Shown piece after piece: positions 29,307 through 40,183 of a stretch of 64,000 bases of DNA; the first letter of the stretch is position 1, and the number at the start of each line of letters is the position of its first letter. Both the position numbers and the translations under genes were made by a program. Below the pieces are notes generated by a model, which saw only the letters and a list, made by a program, of their open reading frames with translations, searched no databases and was not told where the DNA came from. Source of the DNA: an uncultured Candidatus Saccharibacteria bacterium (GTDB taxonomy: Bacteria; Patescibacteriota; Minisyncoccia; Phycocordibacterales; JACOZG01); assembly GCA_964399075.1 (NCBI GenBank), contig CAYNPK010000001.1, forward strand, positions 160,961 to 224,960, given 5' to 3'.

Positions 29307-31796
29307 TTAAAGAAAAGTCAGACTAGCCAAACTATCACCTGGGCGCAACTTCATAATTCTCACCCCTTGAGTTTGGCGCGCGTGGCTAGGAATCTCATCT
29401 AGCTTAGTCCTAATCACTTGGCCATTCTTAGAAATAGCAATCACTTCAGTCTCGTCGGCATAAATTACTTTGCCGTCAATCAAGCGACCGGTCTTGGAGG
29501 TTAATTTAGCAGTTTTGATCCCGGAACCACCTCGGTTTTGAGTTTTGTATTCTTTCAGTTTAGTGGTTTTGCCATAGCCGTTCTCGGTCATGATTAAATA
29601 AACACCAGATTTATCAACCGGTTTAATAACACTAGCGCCCATGATCTCGTCGCCCTTGCCAAGCTTCATCGCTCGCACTCCACCAGCAGTGCGACCCATC
29701 TCGCGAATATCGCTTTCTTTGAAGCGGATCGCTTGGCCAGCGCGCGTGGCAATAATCACCTCGTCGCTACGCTCTACCACGTGAGTGGAGAGGAGAGAAT
29801 CATTGTCTGATAATTTAATTGCAATGATGCCATTCCGTCGCACATCAGCGAAATTCTTGATTGCCACTTTTTTGGCCACGCCTTGTCTGGTAATCATCAT
29901 CACCGAAGCCACCTTGCCTTTAGTTTCTTTGGGTACAGCTAGAATCGAAGTAACGGTTTCCCCTTCCGCCAAGGGTAAGAAATTCATAATCGATTTACCG
30001 CGAGTCGCCCTCTTACCCTCCGGCAAATCATACATTTTCAGTTGATAAGACTTACCCTTGTTAGAGAAAAAGAGCAGGTCACTGTGAGTACTAGCGGTCA
30101 GAAAAATAGTAACGAAGTCTTCTTCTTTAATATCCAAATCAATCACCCCCACACCGCCCCGGCGTTGAGCACGATACTCAATTGGATCAGTGCGCTTGAT
30201 ATAACCACCGGCTGTCATCACCAAGACGTTCTCTTTGTCCGGCACTAAATCTTCCACATTGATAGCCTTAACACCTTGTTTGATAATATTAGTGCGACGG
30301 GGAACAGCGTATTTAGTCTTAATTTCTTCAAACTCTTGCTTAATGACCGACAAAACTTTTTTATCATCAGCTAAAAGTGTTTTTAATTCCTTGATTAAAT
30401 CTTGCTTTTCTTTCAACTCGTCTAGCACCTTTTTAATTTCCAAGCCGGCTAACTTTTGCAAACGCATTTCTAAGATTGCCGTGGCCTGTTTGTCGCTAAA
30501 CTTAAACTTCGCAATTAAATTTTTGTGAGCAGTCTCTGTATCAGCCGACTGACGAATGGTCTTGATAATCTGATCAATAATGTCAATCGCCTTCTTCAGA
30601 CCCAGTAAAATGTGCTCGCGTTCTTCAGCGCGCGCTAAATCAAATTTCGCCCGTCGGACAACAATTTGTCGGCGATGCTTCAAGAACTCTTCCAGAATCC
30701 CTCTTAGAGAAAGCAACTTCGGCACACCGTCAACCAGCGCCAGCATGTTGTAATGGAAAACAGTTTCTAATTCTGTATTCTTATACAAAGCATTCAAAAT
30801 CTTTTGGGGGAAAGTGCCGTTCTTCAAATCAATAACAATTCGCATGTCTTCCAGACGAGTAGATTCGTCTCTAATGTCTCTGATTCCTTCAATTTTCTTA
30901 TTGCGCACTAGATCGGCAATTTTGACAATCAAATCAGCCTTATTGACTTGATAAGGAATAGAAGTAATCACAATCTGACAAGCGCCACTCTTAGGCTCAA
31001 CAATCTCGGCCTGGCCACGACAGATTACTCCACCACGACCAGTCGCCGCCGCTTGATGAATATCTTTGAGGTTAAAAATTAGACCACCAGTAGGAAAATC
31101 AGGGCCCTGAACTTCCGCTAGCAAATCTTCAGTGCTGATCTCGGGATTATCAACCAACCGAATGAGCGCCGAGACCACTTCACCCAAATTATGAGGTGGC
31201 ACCTTAGTCGCCATACCCACAGCAATACCCATAGTGCCATTGATCAATAAATTAGGAACAACCGCCGGCAAGACTGATGGTTCGCGCAAACGATCATCGT
31301 AATTGGGCACGAAATCGACAGTATCTTTCTCAATATCGCGCAATAATTCTGATGACAGGGGCGACATCTTAGCCTCCGTATAACGCATCGCTGCCGGCGG
31401 ATCGCCGTCGATGGAGCCGAAGTTCCCCTGCCCCAGAACCAGAGGATGAAGCATGCTGAAGTCTTGAGTCAAATGGACCATCGCTCCATAACAAGAAGCA
31501 TCGCCGTGAGGATGATAATTGCCCAAAACTTCACCCACCACTGTGGCCGACTTGCGGAATTTAGCTTGGGCCGTTAGGCCCATCTGTTGCATGGCGTACA
31601 AAATCCGCCTGTGGACCGGCTTAAGTCCGTCACGAACATCAGGCAGAGCGCGCTGAACAATCACCGACATGGCGTAGTCGATATAAGAATCCTTCATCTC
31701 TTTAGAAATATCAACAGAAATTATTCTGTCTGTATCTACTTCAAGATCCCCAGAATCAGCGGGGTTATTTAATTTTGATTTATGATCGTTTGCCAT
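29307..31796 (-). CDS. gyrA: DNA gyrase subunit A
   Basis: [30 protein letters not shown], GyrA box QRRGGVG. Confidence 0.97.
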   Translation of the reverse strand: MANDHKSKLNNPADSGDLEVDTDRIISVDISKEMKDSYIDYAMSVIVQRALPDVRDGLKPVHRRILYAMQQMGLTAQAKFRKSATVVGEVLGNYHPHGDASCYGAMVHLTQDFSMLHPLVLGQGNFGSIDGDPPAAMRYTEAKMSPLSSELLRDIEKDTVDFVPNYDDRLREPSVLPAVVPNLLINGTMGIAVGMATKVPPHNLGEVVSALIRLVDNPEISTEDLLAEVQGPDFPTGGLIFNLKDIHQAAATGRGGVICRGQAEIVEPKSGACQIVITSIPYQVNKADLIVKIADLVRNKKIEGIRDIRDESTRLEDMRIVIDLKNGTFPQKILNALYKNTELETVFHYNMLALVDGVPKLLSLRGILEEFLKHRRQIVVRRAKFDLARAEEREHILLGLKKAIDIIDQIIKTIRQSADTETAHKNLIAKFKFSDKQATAILEMRLQKLAGLEIKKVLDELKEKQDLIKELKTLLADDKKVLSVIKQEFEEIKTKYAVPRRTNIIKQGVKAINVEDLVPDKENVLVMTAGGYIKRTDPIEYRAQRRGGVGVIDLDIKEEDFVTIFLTASTHSDLLFFSNKGKSYQLKMYDLPEGKRATRGKSIMNFLPLAEGETVTSILAVPKETKGKVASVMMITRQGVAKKVAIKNFADVRRNGIIAIKLSDNDSLLSTHVVERSDEVIIATRAGQAIRFKESDIREMGRTAGGVRAMKLGKGDEIMGASVIKPVDKSGVYLIMTENGYGKTTKLKEYKTQNRGGSGIKTAKLTSKTGRLIDGKVIYADETEVIAISKNGQVIRTKLDEIPSHARQTQGVRIMKLRPGDSLASLTFL

Positions 31797-32029
31797 CCTG
31801 TTTTAATGCGAAAAATTGTTTCGCTAAACACTCCACGCCCCACCCCTTGTTCCTGACCAGCAATAACGGGTTCGGCTGAATTTGAACTATTATGCCACAA
31901 GAAGCGCAAATTGATCAGCCAAAGCCCTGCAATAATCAAAACCACCGCGATTGAGAGTTGCAGAGCCAATCTCTGACGCTCTGCCTCCGACCTCTGTCTC
32001 GCTTTCTCAAAATAGGTTAATACGGACAT
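31769..32029 (-). CDS. Small single-TM hypothetical protein
   Basis: 86-aa ORF with one TM, overlapping the gyrA start. Confidence 0.6.
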   Translation of the reverse strand: MSVLTYFEKARQRSEAERQRLALQLSIAVVLIIAGLWLINLRFLWHNSSNSAEPVIAGQEQGVGRGVFSETIFRIKTGWQTIINQN

Positions 32030-32036
32030 AGAATTT

Positions 32037-32657
32037 CTAGGCTGATGTGATTATGACCACTTCTAATTGCTGACCAAGCAAGTCTTTTTTCTTGAGAGCA
32101 AGGCTTTCTACAGATTTAACCCCCTCCTTACCCATTTCTTTCAGAAAAATCTTAAGAGTGTCTTGAGTATAGTGGACAGGAATAACCATCTTAGGCTCGA
32201 GATCAGAAATTATTTTACTAGCTTGTTTGGCGTTAATTATCTCTTCGCCAGCAATGGGGATAAACAAAACGTCGATCACGCCTAATTCTTCAATCAAAGC
32301 CGGAGACAATTCAGCGCCAGTTCCAGCCAGAATTCCCAAATGAACCAATTTGATACCATCAAGCAATAGGGCATAAGCAACATTAATTTTATTTGCCGGA
32401 CCGGCGGTCAACAAGCCCTTAACGAAAGCGCCCCCAACCTCATACTCTCCGGGTCCATCAATTACAAAAGGAACTCTATCGCCACGAGCGACAAACTCCG
32501 TGCCTGAATAAGCCGAATCCTGGAAACTAACTAAAGCTAAATCGGCGCCAAATTTAACCGGCTGGTGAGTCTTAGTTTTACCAATAGGATTAAAGACAGC
32601 CACTTTGTCCCCTTGTTGGATCTTAATCATCGCCAGACTGTGATAAGTAATTATCAT
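32037..32657 (-). CDS. MBL-fold metallo-hydrolase-like protein (degenerate metal motif)
   Basis: IDGPGEYEVGG, IDVLFIP, PKMVIPVHY; the HxHxDH motif is absent. Confidence 0.75.
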   Translation of the reverse strand: MIITYHSLAMIKIQQGDKVAVFNPIGKTKTHQPVKFGADLALVSFQDSAYSGTEFVARGDRVPFVIDGPGEYEVGGAFVKGLLTAGPANKINVAYALLLDGIKLVHLGILAGTGAELSPALIEELGVIDVLFIPIAGEEIINAKQASKIISDLEPKMVIPVHYTQDTLKIFLKEMGKEGVKSVESLALKKKDLLGQQLEVVIITSA

Positions 32658-32768
32658 ATTGATTGCGTAAGTAACTCTAGTCTAGCAAATTATTAAGTAA
32701 AAATAAAGACGACCCAAGACAATCTTGCGTACTTGCGTAATATAAATAAATCTATATACTTGACAATT

Positions 32769-33866
32769 ATGCAAACAGTAGAAGCCACCAAAGAAAAACT
32801 AGTCGGCCTAATGGACGAGATTTCCAAACAAGCGCCGGAACGACCACGAGAGAAGGCCTTGGTCAAGGGCACGGTAATCGCTAAGTCGAAAACCAGCGTT
32901 TATGTGGATATCCCCCCCTTTGGCACCGGGATTATTTTCGGCCGAGAATATCTAAACGCGCGCGATATTATTAAAGAAATAAGCGTTAACGATCAAATTA
33001 CCGCCAAAGTAATATTGCCCGAAGGCGAACAAGGCTATATTGAACTCTCTCTCAAAGAAGCCAAGCAAGCGATAGTTTGGGCCGAAGCCAAGAAAGCGAT
33101 CGAGAACAACAGCGTGTTTGAGCTCGTAGTGACTAACGCCAACAAGGGCGGACTAATGGTGGCTTGGCAAGGTATCGACGGCTTCATTCCAGCCTCTCAA
33201 CTCAAACCAGAGCATTATCCTAAAGTTGATGACGGTAATAAAGATAAAATTATGGAAGAGTTAAGACAGCTCGTTGGACAAACGATTACTGCCTACTTGA
33301 TTACCGCTGAACCCAAAGAAGGCAAATTGATCTTTTCCGAAAAAGTTCTAAGCAATAAAAGCCGAAAAGAAATAATTGGGAAGTACAGTTTAGGCGACGT
33401 TGTCGCCGGAGAAGTAACCGGTGTAGTTGATTTCGGAATTTTTGTAAAAATGGAAGAAGGCTTTGAGGGTCTAATTCATATTTCCGAAATGGATTGGTCA
33501 CTGATAGAAAATCCTCGTAACCACTTCCAAGTTGGCGACAAAATCAAAGCGAAAATTATTGAAATTAAAGATGATAAGATCTCTCTATCGATTAAGGCCT
33601 TGAAGAAAAACCCTTGGATAGACGCGGAAACAAAATATAAACTAGGCGATCTCGTCAGTGGCGTAGTAATTAAGCACAACAAACACGGCGCTCTAGTTTC
33701 TATCGAAGAAGGCGTCGCTGGCTTGGTTCACGTTTCAGAATTTGAGAACGAAGATCAACTAAAAAGCCAATTGGAGCTAGGCAAAACTTACCCCTTCACT
33801 ATCAATCTATTTGAACCCAAATCCCAAAAGATGACTTTAAGTTTCGGCGAGAAGACTAAAAAATAA
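32769..33866 (+). CDS. rpsA: 30S ribosomal protein S1 (four S1 domains)
   Basis: Repeated S1 motifs GFIPASQL, EGLIHISEMDW, AGLVHVSE. Confidence 0.9.
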   Translation: MQTVEATKEKLVGLMDEISKQAPERPREKALVKGTVIAKSKTSVYVDIPPFGTGIIFGREYLNARDIIKEISVNDQITAKVILPEGEQGYIELSLKEAKQAIVWAEAKKAIENNSVFELVVTNANKGGLMVAWQGIDGFIPASQLKPEHYPKVDDGNKDKIMEELRQLVGQTITAYLITAEPKEGKLIFSEKVLSNKSRKEIIGKYSLGDVVAGEVTGVVDFGIFVKMEEGFEGLIHISEMDWSLIENPRNHFQVGDKIKAKIIEIKDDKISLSIKALKKNPWIDAETKYKLGDLVSGVVIKHNKHGALVSIEEGVAGLVHVSEFENEDQLKSQLELGKTYPFTINLFEPKSQKMTLSFGEKTKK

Positions 33867-33887
33867 GAAAATAACAAATAACTCGGA

Positions 33888-34478
33888 TTAATTATACTGC
33901 CCCATGGCGATCTCGCGACCCTCGGTGACGAGAACTTCTAACGCTTCAGCTGATTTCTTGATTATCTTCTTGATCTCTTTCTGTTCTGTCTCTTTAAATT
34001 TCCCGAGGATAAAATCCACCACCGCCTTCTCGCCAGTCGGTTTCTTTAATTTACCACTTGGCGTTGTTGGGCAAATGCCAATCTTAACTCTGGTAAACTG
34101 CTCTGTTTTGAGATTTTTAATAATAGACTCCACTCCCCGATGACCACCCGGTCCGCGATTGAAAGTGATTTTAAGCCGACCAAGTGGCAAATCAAGATCG
34201 TCATGAACCACAATTAAACTCTCTGCTTTCTTAACCGAAGTGATAAGTGGCTTAAGACTCTTGCCGGAATTATTCATGAAGCCCTCTGGTAAAATTAGTT
34301 CGACTACTGTTTGGTTGATTTTTTCCTTAGCAATCAGAGCGTTTAATTTTTTATCTAACACCCAATCCCTAACACCCAACCCTTGTCCCAACTTTTCTAA
34401 TATCATCCGTCCAATGTTGTGTCTCGTCCCCTCATAATCCGCTCCGGGGTTACCTAAACCGACAATAATATATTTCAT
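33888..34478 (-). CDS. pth: Peptidyl-tRNA hydrolase
   Basis: IVGLGNPG, TRHNIG, FMNNSG, VHDDLDLP, GGHRG. Confidence 0.95.
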   Translation of the reverse strand: MKYIIVGLGNPGADYEGTRHNIGRMILEKLGQGLGVRDWVLDKKLNALIAKEKINQTVVELILPEGFMNNSGKSLKPLITSVKKAESLIVVHDDLDLPLGRLKITFNRGPGGHRGVESIIKNLKTEQFTRVKIGICPTTPSGKLKKPTGEKAVVDFILGKFKETEQKEIKKIIKKSAEALEVLVTEGREIAMGQYN

Positions 34479-34539
34479 CTTCGAATTATAAATATTTCTG
34501 TTTCTTGCGTCAAAGGAAAAAAGGGGGTAAACTGTTCCC

Positions 34540-35094
34540 ATGTTGAAAAAAATTGGCGGTGGAATTTGGGAATTATTTAAATTTGTCGCCACAGTCCTCT
34601 TGATTGTCGTGCCTATCCGCCTCTATGTTGCTCAACCTTTCATCGTCTCGGGCGCTTCTATGGAACCAACTTTCCACACTAACGAATATTTAATCATTGA
34701 TGAGTTCTCCTATCATTGGCGACCACCAGAGCGAGGCGAAGTAGTAGTATTTAAGTACCCCGAAGATCCCTCAAAATATTTTATCAAACGAGTCATCGGC
34801 TTACCCAATGAAACTGTGGTTATCAAAAATAACGAGGTGTGGATCAAGCAAACAACAGAAGAAGAAAATAAGCTAGAAAAACTAGAAGAACCATATCTCC
34901 AGGGTCCACAATTTTGGGCTGATGCTAGGGCCAGCTTGAGTGATGGAGAATACTTCGTCATGGGCGACAATAGAATGGTAAGCCACGATTCTCGCGCCTG
35001 GGGCGCCTTGCCTGAGAGTTTAATCACCGGGCGCGCCTTCGTTCGACTATTTCCACCAGCTAGAGCAGAAATTTTACCCGGAGCAGTTAAGTAA
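34540..35094 (+). CDS. lepB: Signal peptidase I
   Basis: SGASMEPT, FIKRVIGLP, MGDNR..SHDSR. Confidence 0.95.
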   Translation: MLKKIGGGIWELFKFVATVLLIVVPIRLYVAQPFIVSGASMEPTFHTNEYLIIDEFSYHWRPPERGEVVVFKYPEDPSKYFIKRVIGLPNETVVIKNNEVWIKQTTEEENKLEKLEEPYLQGPQFWADARASLSDGEYFVMGDNRMVSHDSRAWGALPESLITGRAFVRLFPPARAEILPGAVK

Positions 35095-35115
35095 AATAAA
35101 AAAGTAAGAAAAAAT

Positions 35116-36423
35116 ATGACTAACAAGAAACGAGAAGCCGGCGACGAATTACGAGTACCAAGGGGGATGCGTGATATTATTGGCGAAGATTATTATGCCC
35201 AACAAGGCTTCAGTGAAAAAGCGGCCGAAATTGCCATGTATTACGGCTTCACCCCCATTGAAACGCCGGTCTTGGAATTCGAAAGTCTTTTTACTTCCGG
35301 AGTCGGAGTTGGCACGGATATTGTTGATAAAGAAATGTATACGCTGAAAACTCGCGGTGGTGATCATCTCGCCCTCCGCAGTGAGGGCACGGCTCCAATT
35401 ATGCGCGCCTACTTTGAGAATGGCCTCCAATCCCAACCTCAACCAGTGATGTTGTATTACCACGGACCTTTCTTCCGTCACGATCGACCACAACGAGGAC
35501 GCTATCGCCAATTTTATCAATTTGGTTTGGAAATTATCGGTACCACCAAGAGCATCGCCGACGCCATGATTATCCGTTTGACTACTCTAATCGTGGCAGA
35601 AGCTGGTTTGCGTTCCACTAAAGTAATCGTCAACAGTCTTGGCGACAAAGAATGTCGTTCAATTTATCGTCGAGAGCTGGTTAATTATTATCGTAAACAC
35701 GCGCGCTATTTGTGTCCCGATTGTCGAGAGAGGTTAAAAACTAATCCCCTACGCCTCTTGGATTGTAAGAATATAAAATGCCAAGAACTTAAACTTGGCG
35801 CCCCAACTTCTATCTCTTATTTATGCAATAGTTGCAAAACTCACTTCAAAGAAACCCTGGAATATCTAGAAACAATGGGGATTGATTATGAAATCAGTCA
35901 CACTCTAGTGCGAGGTCTAGATTATTACACTCGAACGATTTTTGAAATTGTTGACCCGGCCGTCACCACAGACGGTGTTGTTGCTGAACCGTTATCAATC
36001 GGTGGCGGTGGACGTTATGATTATTTAGCCAAAGCGCTCGGAGCTAAAAAGGAGGTACCGGGCGTCGGTAGCGCCATTGGCATTGATCGAGTCATGCTCG
36101 CGCCAGGTTACATCAAACAAAATCCGAGAATTATTAAGAAACCGAAGATATTCTTCATTCAATTATCCTTCGAGGCGAAAATGAAAAGTCTCCAGGTGAT
36201 AGAAATTTTGCGGAAAGCTAAAGTTCCTCTCACTCAATCGCTGTCTAAAGACTCTCTGATGGTCCAATTAGCGATTGCGGAGAAACTTGAAGTGCCTTAC
36301 ACGATTATTTTGGGTCAAAAAGAAGCGATCGATAATACAGTCATTGTCCGAAATATGTCTAACCGCTCTCAAGAAATAGTTCCCATAGAAAAACTAAGCG
36401 AGTATTTGAAAAAATTAAAATAG
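35116..36423 (+). CDS. hisS: Histidine--tRNA ligase
   Basis: PRGMRD, FRHDRPQRGRYRQFYQ, LVRGLDYYT, GGGRYD. Confidence 0.97.
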   Translation: MTNKKREAGDELRVPRGMRDIIGEDYYAQQGFSEKAAEIAMYYGFTPIETPVLEFESLFTSGVGVGTDIVDKEMYTLKTRGGDHLALRSEGTAPIMRAYFENGLQSQPQPVMLYYHGPFFRHDRPQRGRYRQFYQFGLEIIGTTKSIADAMIIRLTTLIVAEAGLRSTKVIVNSLGDKECRSIYRRELVNYYRKHARYLCPDCRERLKTNPLRLLDCKNIKCQELKLGAPTSISYLCNSCKTHFKETLEYLETMGIDYEISHTLVRGLDYYTRTIFEIVDPAVTTDGVVAEPLSIGGGGRYDYLAKALGAKKEVPGVGSAIGIDRVMLAPGYIKQNPRIIKKPKIFFIQLSFEAKMKSLQVIEILRKAKVPLTQSLSKDSLMVQLAIAEKLEVPYTIILGQKEAIDNTVIVRNMSNRSQEIVPIEKLSEYLKKLK

Positions 36424-36470
36424 CATGACTTGGATGACAACGAGTTAGCGTAAATTATTATTCGCCAACT

Positions 36471-37481
36471 ATGAACAAAGAAAAACCGCCAGTAGTAGCA
36501 TATTTAGCGATCTTGGGAAGATTTACTTTACTTCCAGGAATTCAACAGATCAAAATTGGGGAATTCGGTATTGATTGCTTAATACGATATTCCTTTGCAG
36601 AACATATCATAGATGAAAAGAAAAATATAAAAGTTCCTACTGAAGACTGTACGATCTTTTCAATTGAACATAAAAATTACAAAAGAGAGGATTTGAACAA
36701 GTCACAAAAAGTCGATGAAGTCCTTGAAAAATCACTCATAGCAATTAGCGAACTGTCACTTTGGTCAAAATCGAAAGAACAAGTCGGTAAAATTTCTAGT
36801 TATATAAGACAAGTAGGTAGATCAGACGTTAAATATTTTTTTGTTGAGATATCAGATGACTCATTAATTGAGTGGAAAAATGGATCCTATTGGCAAAGTC
36901 TTAAGGGGTTCCAAATTTTAAGCGGTTTTCTAAGTAACATGGTTGTAACAAATGGACCATCGCAAAATCCAACACCATCAGCCACGAGAAGAATCCTTAG
37001 CTGTTTAGACTTAATTAATCTTGGTTTTTATTCAGATGCCTTCATTACTGCTTTTGCATTATTAGATGATTTAACACAAGAAGTCTTGAAGGCAGGTTTT
37101 GAAAAAAAGAAATTATCGTTAAAAGAACAAAAAAATATTCTTAGGGGTATTACAGAAGATAGGTTAGCAAACTTCTTAACCAGTATATTAAAATTATGCG
37201 ATTGGGTGAGTCTTGAAAAAGAAAACGAAAAACTATTTAAAAAGCTGAAAAAGATTAATACAAAAAGAAATGACATAATGCATGGCTCAGTAAGATTAAC
37301 TAGAAATACTGCAATTGAATACATTGATATAATATTAGAAATCCTCTCTTTTTTAAGGCAAAATCCATTTGATTACACAATTGAAGAATTCCCAACTTTG
37401 AAACTCATTGAACCAGAGTATCTGAAACTATCAAATCTCGAAAAAGGCGAATCACCCGCAAACATGACCGATTATACTTAG
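36471..37481 (+). CDS. AT-rich hypothetical protein with C-terminal HEPN-like Rx4H motif (possible gene cassette)
   Basis: KRNDIMHG in a helical C-terminal domain; flanked by GTTAGCG and degenerate inverse-core sequences. Confidence 0.6.
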   Translation: MNKEKPPVVAYLAILGRFTLLPGIQQIKIGEFGIDCLIRYSFAEHIIDEKKNIKVPTEDCTIFSIEHKNYKREDLNKSQKVDEVLEKSLIAISELSLWSKSKEQVGKISSYIRQVGRSDVKYFFVEISDDSLIEWKNGSYWQSLKGFQILSGFLSNMVVTNGPSQNPTPSATRRILSCLDLINLGFYSDAFITAFALLDDLTQEVLKAGFEKKKLSLKEQKNILRGITEDRLANFLTSILKLCDWVSLEKENEKLFKKLKKINTKRNDIMHGSVRLTRNTAIEYIDIILEILSFLRQNPFDYTIEEFPTLKLIEPEYLKLSNLEKGESPANMTDYT

Positions 37482-37508
37482 ACGTTATGTGAAATTATTT
37501 TTTATTTT

Positions 37509-37598
37509 ATGGGAATACAGTTTAGTAAAGAAAATCAATATGGCGCGTTAGTTGGACTTATAGTATTCATTATTTTCCTACTAATTTTACTTTTTTAA
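37509..37598 (+). CDS. Candidate 29-aa single-TM peptide MGIQFSKENQYGALVGLIVFIIFLLILLF
   Basis: Complete short ORF with a hydrophobic C-half, lying between two attC-like sites. Confidence 0.35.
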   Translation: MGIQFSKENQYGALVGLIVFIIFLLILLF

Positions 37599-37637
37599 CC
37601 ATTTTTATCGTCATTATTTGAATTAAAAAATTATGTT

Positions 37638-37695
37638 GCTTAACAGCCGATACGCAACATTTATTAAATGATCGCATGATCGGCAAATGTTATAC
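37638..37695 (+). mobile_element. attC-like recombination site
   Basis: GCTTAAC inverse core, GCCGAT/ATCGGC arms, CATTTA/TAAATG inner hairpin, GTTATAC core. Confidence 0.5.
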
Positions 37696-37738
37696 ATAAT
37701 CACGAACTTCAACCTTAAATATAAGAAATACTTAGGGC

Positions 37739-37766
37739 TTGACAAAAATTTACTAGGTGATATAAT
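37739..37766 (+). promoter_or_regulatory. Consensus sigma70 promoter
   Basis: TTGACA-16 nt-TATAAT with TG extension. Confidence 0.8.
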
Positions 37767-37834
37767 GGTAAAAGGTTCGTTCATTGTGGAATGGACGAAA
37801 AAAAGTGGGCCACTTCTCGCGAAAGGAGAAAAAG

Positions 37835-38233
37835 ATGGCCAAGAAGATGGGAATTGAGACCGGAACCGTGAAATCATTCTCTCCGCAGACCGGCTACGGC
37901 TTCTTCACTTCAGACGGCGATGGCGATGATGTCTACTTCCGCATCGGAATGATGCGCGAGGTCATGCAAGGGCACCGGGATAACCCCTACTTCGCGGGCA
38001 GAGACCGCGGAGGGGAAGTGTTGATTGGGATGCCGGTGCTCTTCCTCCGGGAGACGGAAGCTGGAGGGCGGACCTGGGCCAGGCTCTGGGGCGTTCGCCC
38101 CTTCTGGCATCAGGAACGGCGCCAGATCATCCCGATCGCTGACGCGGTCAAGATGATCGAGATGAGGGGGCGCTTGCCGGTGCAGAAGAAGGCGAAGGGA
38201 GAGGGAAGGAAGAGAAAGAAGGCCAGCGCCTGA
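37835..38233 (+). CDS. Cold-shock-domain (CSD-like) protein with basic tail
   Basis: ETGTVKSFSPQTGYGFF...DDVYF (RNP1/RNP2-like); SD AAGGAG; markedly GC-rich. Confidence 0.75.
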   Translation: MAKKMGIETGTVKSFSPQTGYGFFTSDGDGDDVYFRIGMMREVMQGHRDNPYFAGRDRGGEVLIGMPVLFLRETEAGGRTWARLWGVRPFWHQERRQIIPIADAVKMIEMRGRLPVQKKAKGEGRKRKKASA

Positions 38234-38275
38234 CACCCCCCTCGTCCCTCGCCCCTCCCCTGATCCGGCACAACC

Positions 38276-38317
38276 CCACCCAGCTAAGACTTGATAATCT
38301 TAGTTGGGTGGTTTTTT
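38276..38317 (+). terminator. Intrinsic terminator
   Basis: CCACCCAGCTAAGA...TCTTAGTTGGGTGG followed by TTTTTT. Confidence 0.8.
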
Positions 38318-38356
38318 ATTTGCCTAAAACGAGAGACTATGTTAACCTAACTTATT

Positions 38357-38614
38357 ATGATTATGGTGGAAGTTAAACGAGACGAGACAGAATCCAGTAG
38401 TGGCGCCCTGCGTCGATTTTCTAAGCGAGTCCAAATCGCCGGCTTCTTGCGACGAGTCAAAGGCTTGCGCTTCCGCCAACGCTCACTCTCTGATTACAAA
38501 AAACAGCGATCAGCCCTGGTCCGCCTAGAACGCCAAGCAAAATACGAACGACTAAAAAAATTAGGGAAATTACCAACTCCCACCTTCAGCAGACGTGCTC
38601 CCAAGAGAAGTTAG
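38357..38614 (+). CDS. rpsU: 30S ribosomal protein S21 (divergent CPR type)
   Basis: VEVKR..ESS..ALRRFSKRVQ; very basic. Confidence 0.7.
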   Translation: MIMVEVKRDETESSSGALRRFSKRVQIAGFLRRVKGLRFRQRSLSDYKKQRSALVRLERQAKYERLKKLGKLPTPTFSRRAPKRS

Positions 38615-39029
38615 TAACAAAATTTCTAAAAAAGTTCTAGGCTCAAAGTATGATTTGAGTCTGGCTTATATTGACGACGAAACTTCTTGTACTCTCAATC
38701 AACGGTACCGGAACAAAAATTCGCCAACTAATATTTTGAGTTTCCCTCTAAGCGACCACGAGGGAGAAATCGTGATCAACCTCTCACAAATTAAACGCGA
38801 AGCCCTAATTTTGAAAAAATCAGAGGTAGAACATACCCTATATATCTTTATCCACGGATTACTGCATTTGAAAGGTTTCGCACATGGTAGTAGAATGGAG
38901 GCTGAAGAACACAAATTACTAAAACATTTTTTACCCCATGTCACGAACCATCATCGCCGGATTGGATATCGGAACCACCAACATTCATCTGGTGGTATGC
39001 GACATCGGGAAAGAAAGTCGAGCGCCTAG
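38595..39029 (+). CDS. ybeY: rRNA maturation RNase YbeY
   Basis: LNQRYRNKNSPTNILSF, GEIVI, HGLLHLKGFAH; overlaps the ftsA start. Confidence 0.88.
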   Translation: MLPREVSNKISKKVLGSKYDLSLAYIDDETSCTLNQRYRNKNSPTNILSFPLSDHEGEIVINLSQIKREALILKKSEVEHTLYIFIHGLLHLKGFAHGSRMEAEEHKLLKHFLPHVTNHHRRIGYRNHQHSSGGMRHRERKSSA

Positions 39030-40098
39030 ACTTCTGGCTCAAGTTAAACACGAGTCAGCTGGACTCCGAAGAGGTTACATTATCAACTTTAACGAAGTAC
39101 TAATTAGTATTCGCAAAGCGGTTGCGGAAGCAGAACGAGTAGCAAAAATTAAATTGAATGGCGTCTTTCTCGGAATTGGTGGAATCACTCTAGAATCCAA
39201 AACGACCGAAGGCAGTGTGGCGGTCTCAAATGTCGACCTAGGCGTCACCGAAACTGACATCAAGCGCGTCAGCGAGGCTAGTGAGCGGAGTTTGGGAGAA
39301 TTTCCTAATCGACGAATTATCCACACTCTACCTCTATTCTACAAACTTGACGGCAAAAAAGTTCTTGGCCGACCCGAAGGTCTACAGGGAACAAAATTTG
39401 AAGTTAAAACTTTATTTATCCATTGCTTAAATCAACACCTGCAAGACTTAATTAAGGTGACCGAAGCGGCCGGACTAATTGTGGATGACATTGTGGCCTC
39501 GCCCATTGCCGCCGCCATCACCGCCCTCTCGCCCAGCCAGAAAACCGCCGGCTGTGTTCTGGCTAATATTGGCGCCCAAACCACCTCTATTGTCGTCTTC
39601 GAAGACAGTATTCCGACCGCACTACAAGTCTTCCCTATCGGTTCTAACGACATCACTCACGATATTGCGCTTGGTTTGCAAATTTCCCTGGAAGAAGCTG
39701 AGAAAATGAAAATCGAACGCAATTATCCGGCAACGGTTCAGCGCAAGTTAGATGAAATAACCGAAGCCAGAATGATTGATATTTTAGAACTAATCGAAGG
39801 ACATCTAAAAAAGTTGGGGCGGAACGGTCTTCTGCCAGCCGGTATCATTATTGGTGGCGGTGGTTCTAATGTTTCCAGTATGGAAAAATTAGCAAAAAAA
39901 ATTCTTAATTTACCAGTTAAAATTTTTGACCCCCTCACTGACGGCCCGGCAAAAAATCAATTAAAAAATAACACCTGGATGACCGCTTACGGTTTGTGTT
40001 TGTATGGATTAAGATCAGATACAAGTACGCCCCTATCAGACAAGTTCCGCCAATTTACTCACCGAATTCGACGTTGGATAAACGAATTTTGGCCGTAA
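38938..40098 (+). CDS. ftsA: Cell division protein FtsA
   Basis: AGLDIGTT, NIGAQTT, ITHDIA, GGGGS; upstream of ftsZ. Confidence 0.93.
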   Translation: MSRTIIAGLDIGTTNIHLVVCDIGKESRAPRLLAQVKHESAGLRRGYIINFNEVLISIRKAVAEAERVAKIKLNGVFLGIGGITLESKTTEGSVAVSNVDLGVTETDIKRVSEASERSLGEFPNRRIIHTLPLFYKLDGKKVLGRPEGLQGTKFEVKTLFIHCLNQHLQDLIKVTEAAGLIVDDIVASPIAAAITALSPSQKTAGCVLANIGAQTTSIVVFEDSIPTALQVFPIGSNDITHDIALGLQISLEEAEKMKIERNYPATVQRKLDEITEARMIDILELIEGHLKKLGRNGLLPAGIIIGGGGSNVSSMEKLAKKILNLPVKIFDPLTDGPAKNQLKNNTWMTAYGLCLYGLRSDTSTPLSDKFRQFTHRIRRWINEFWP

Positions 40099-40183
40099 AA
40101 ATCATAGTTGCATTTTCTGAAATACCTGTTAACCTTTAAGTTGCCACCGAAGTTTAAATTTATTAAAAAATTAAAGTAAATCT

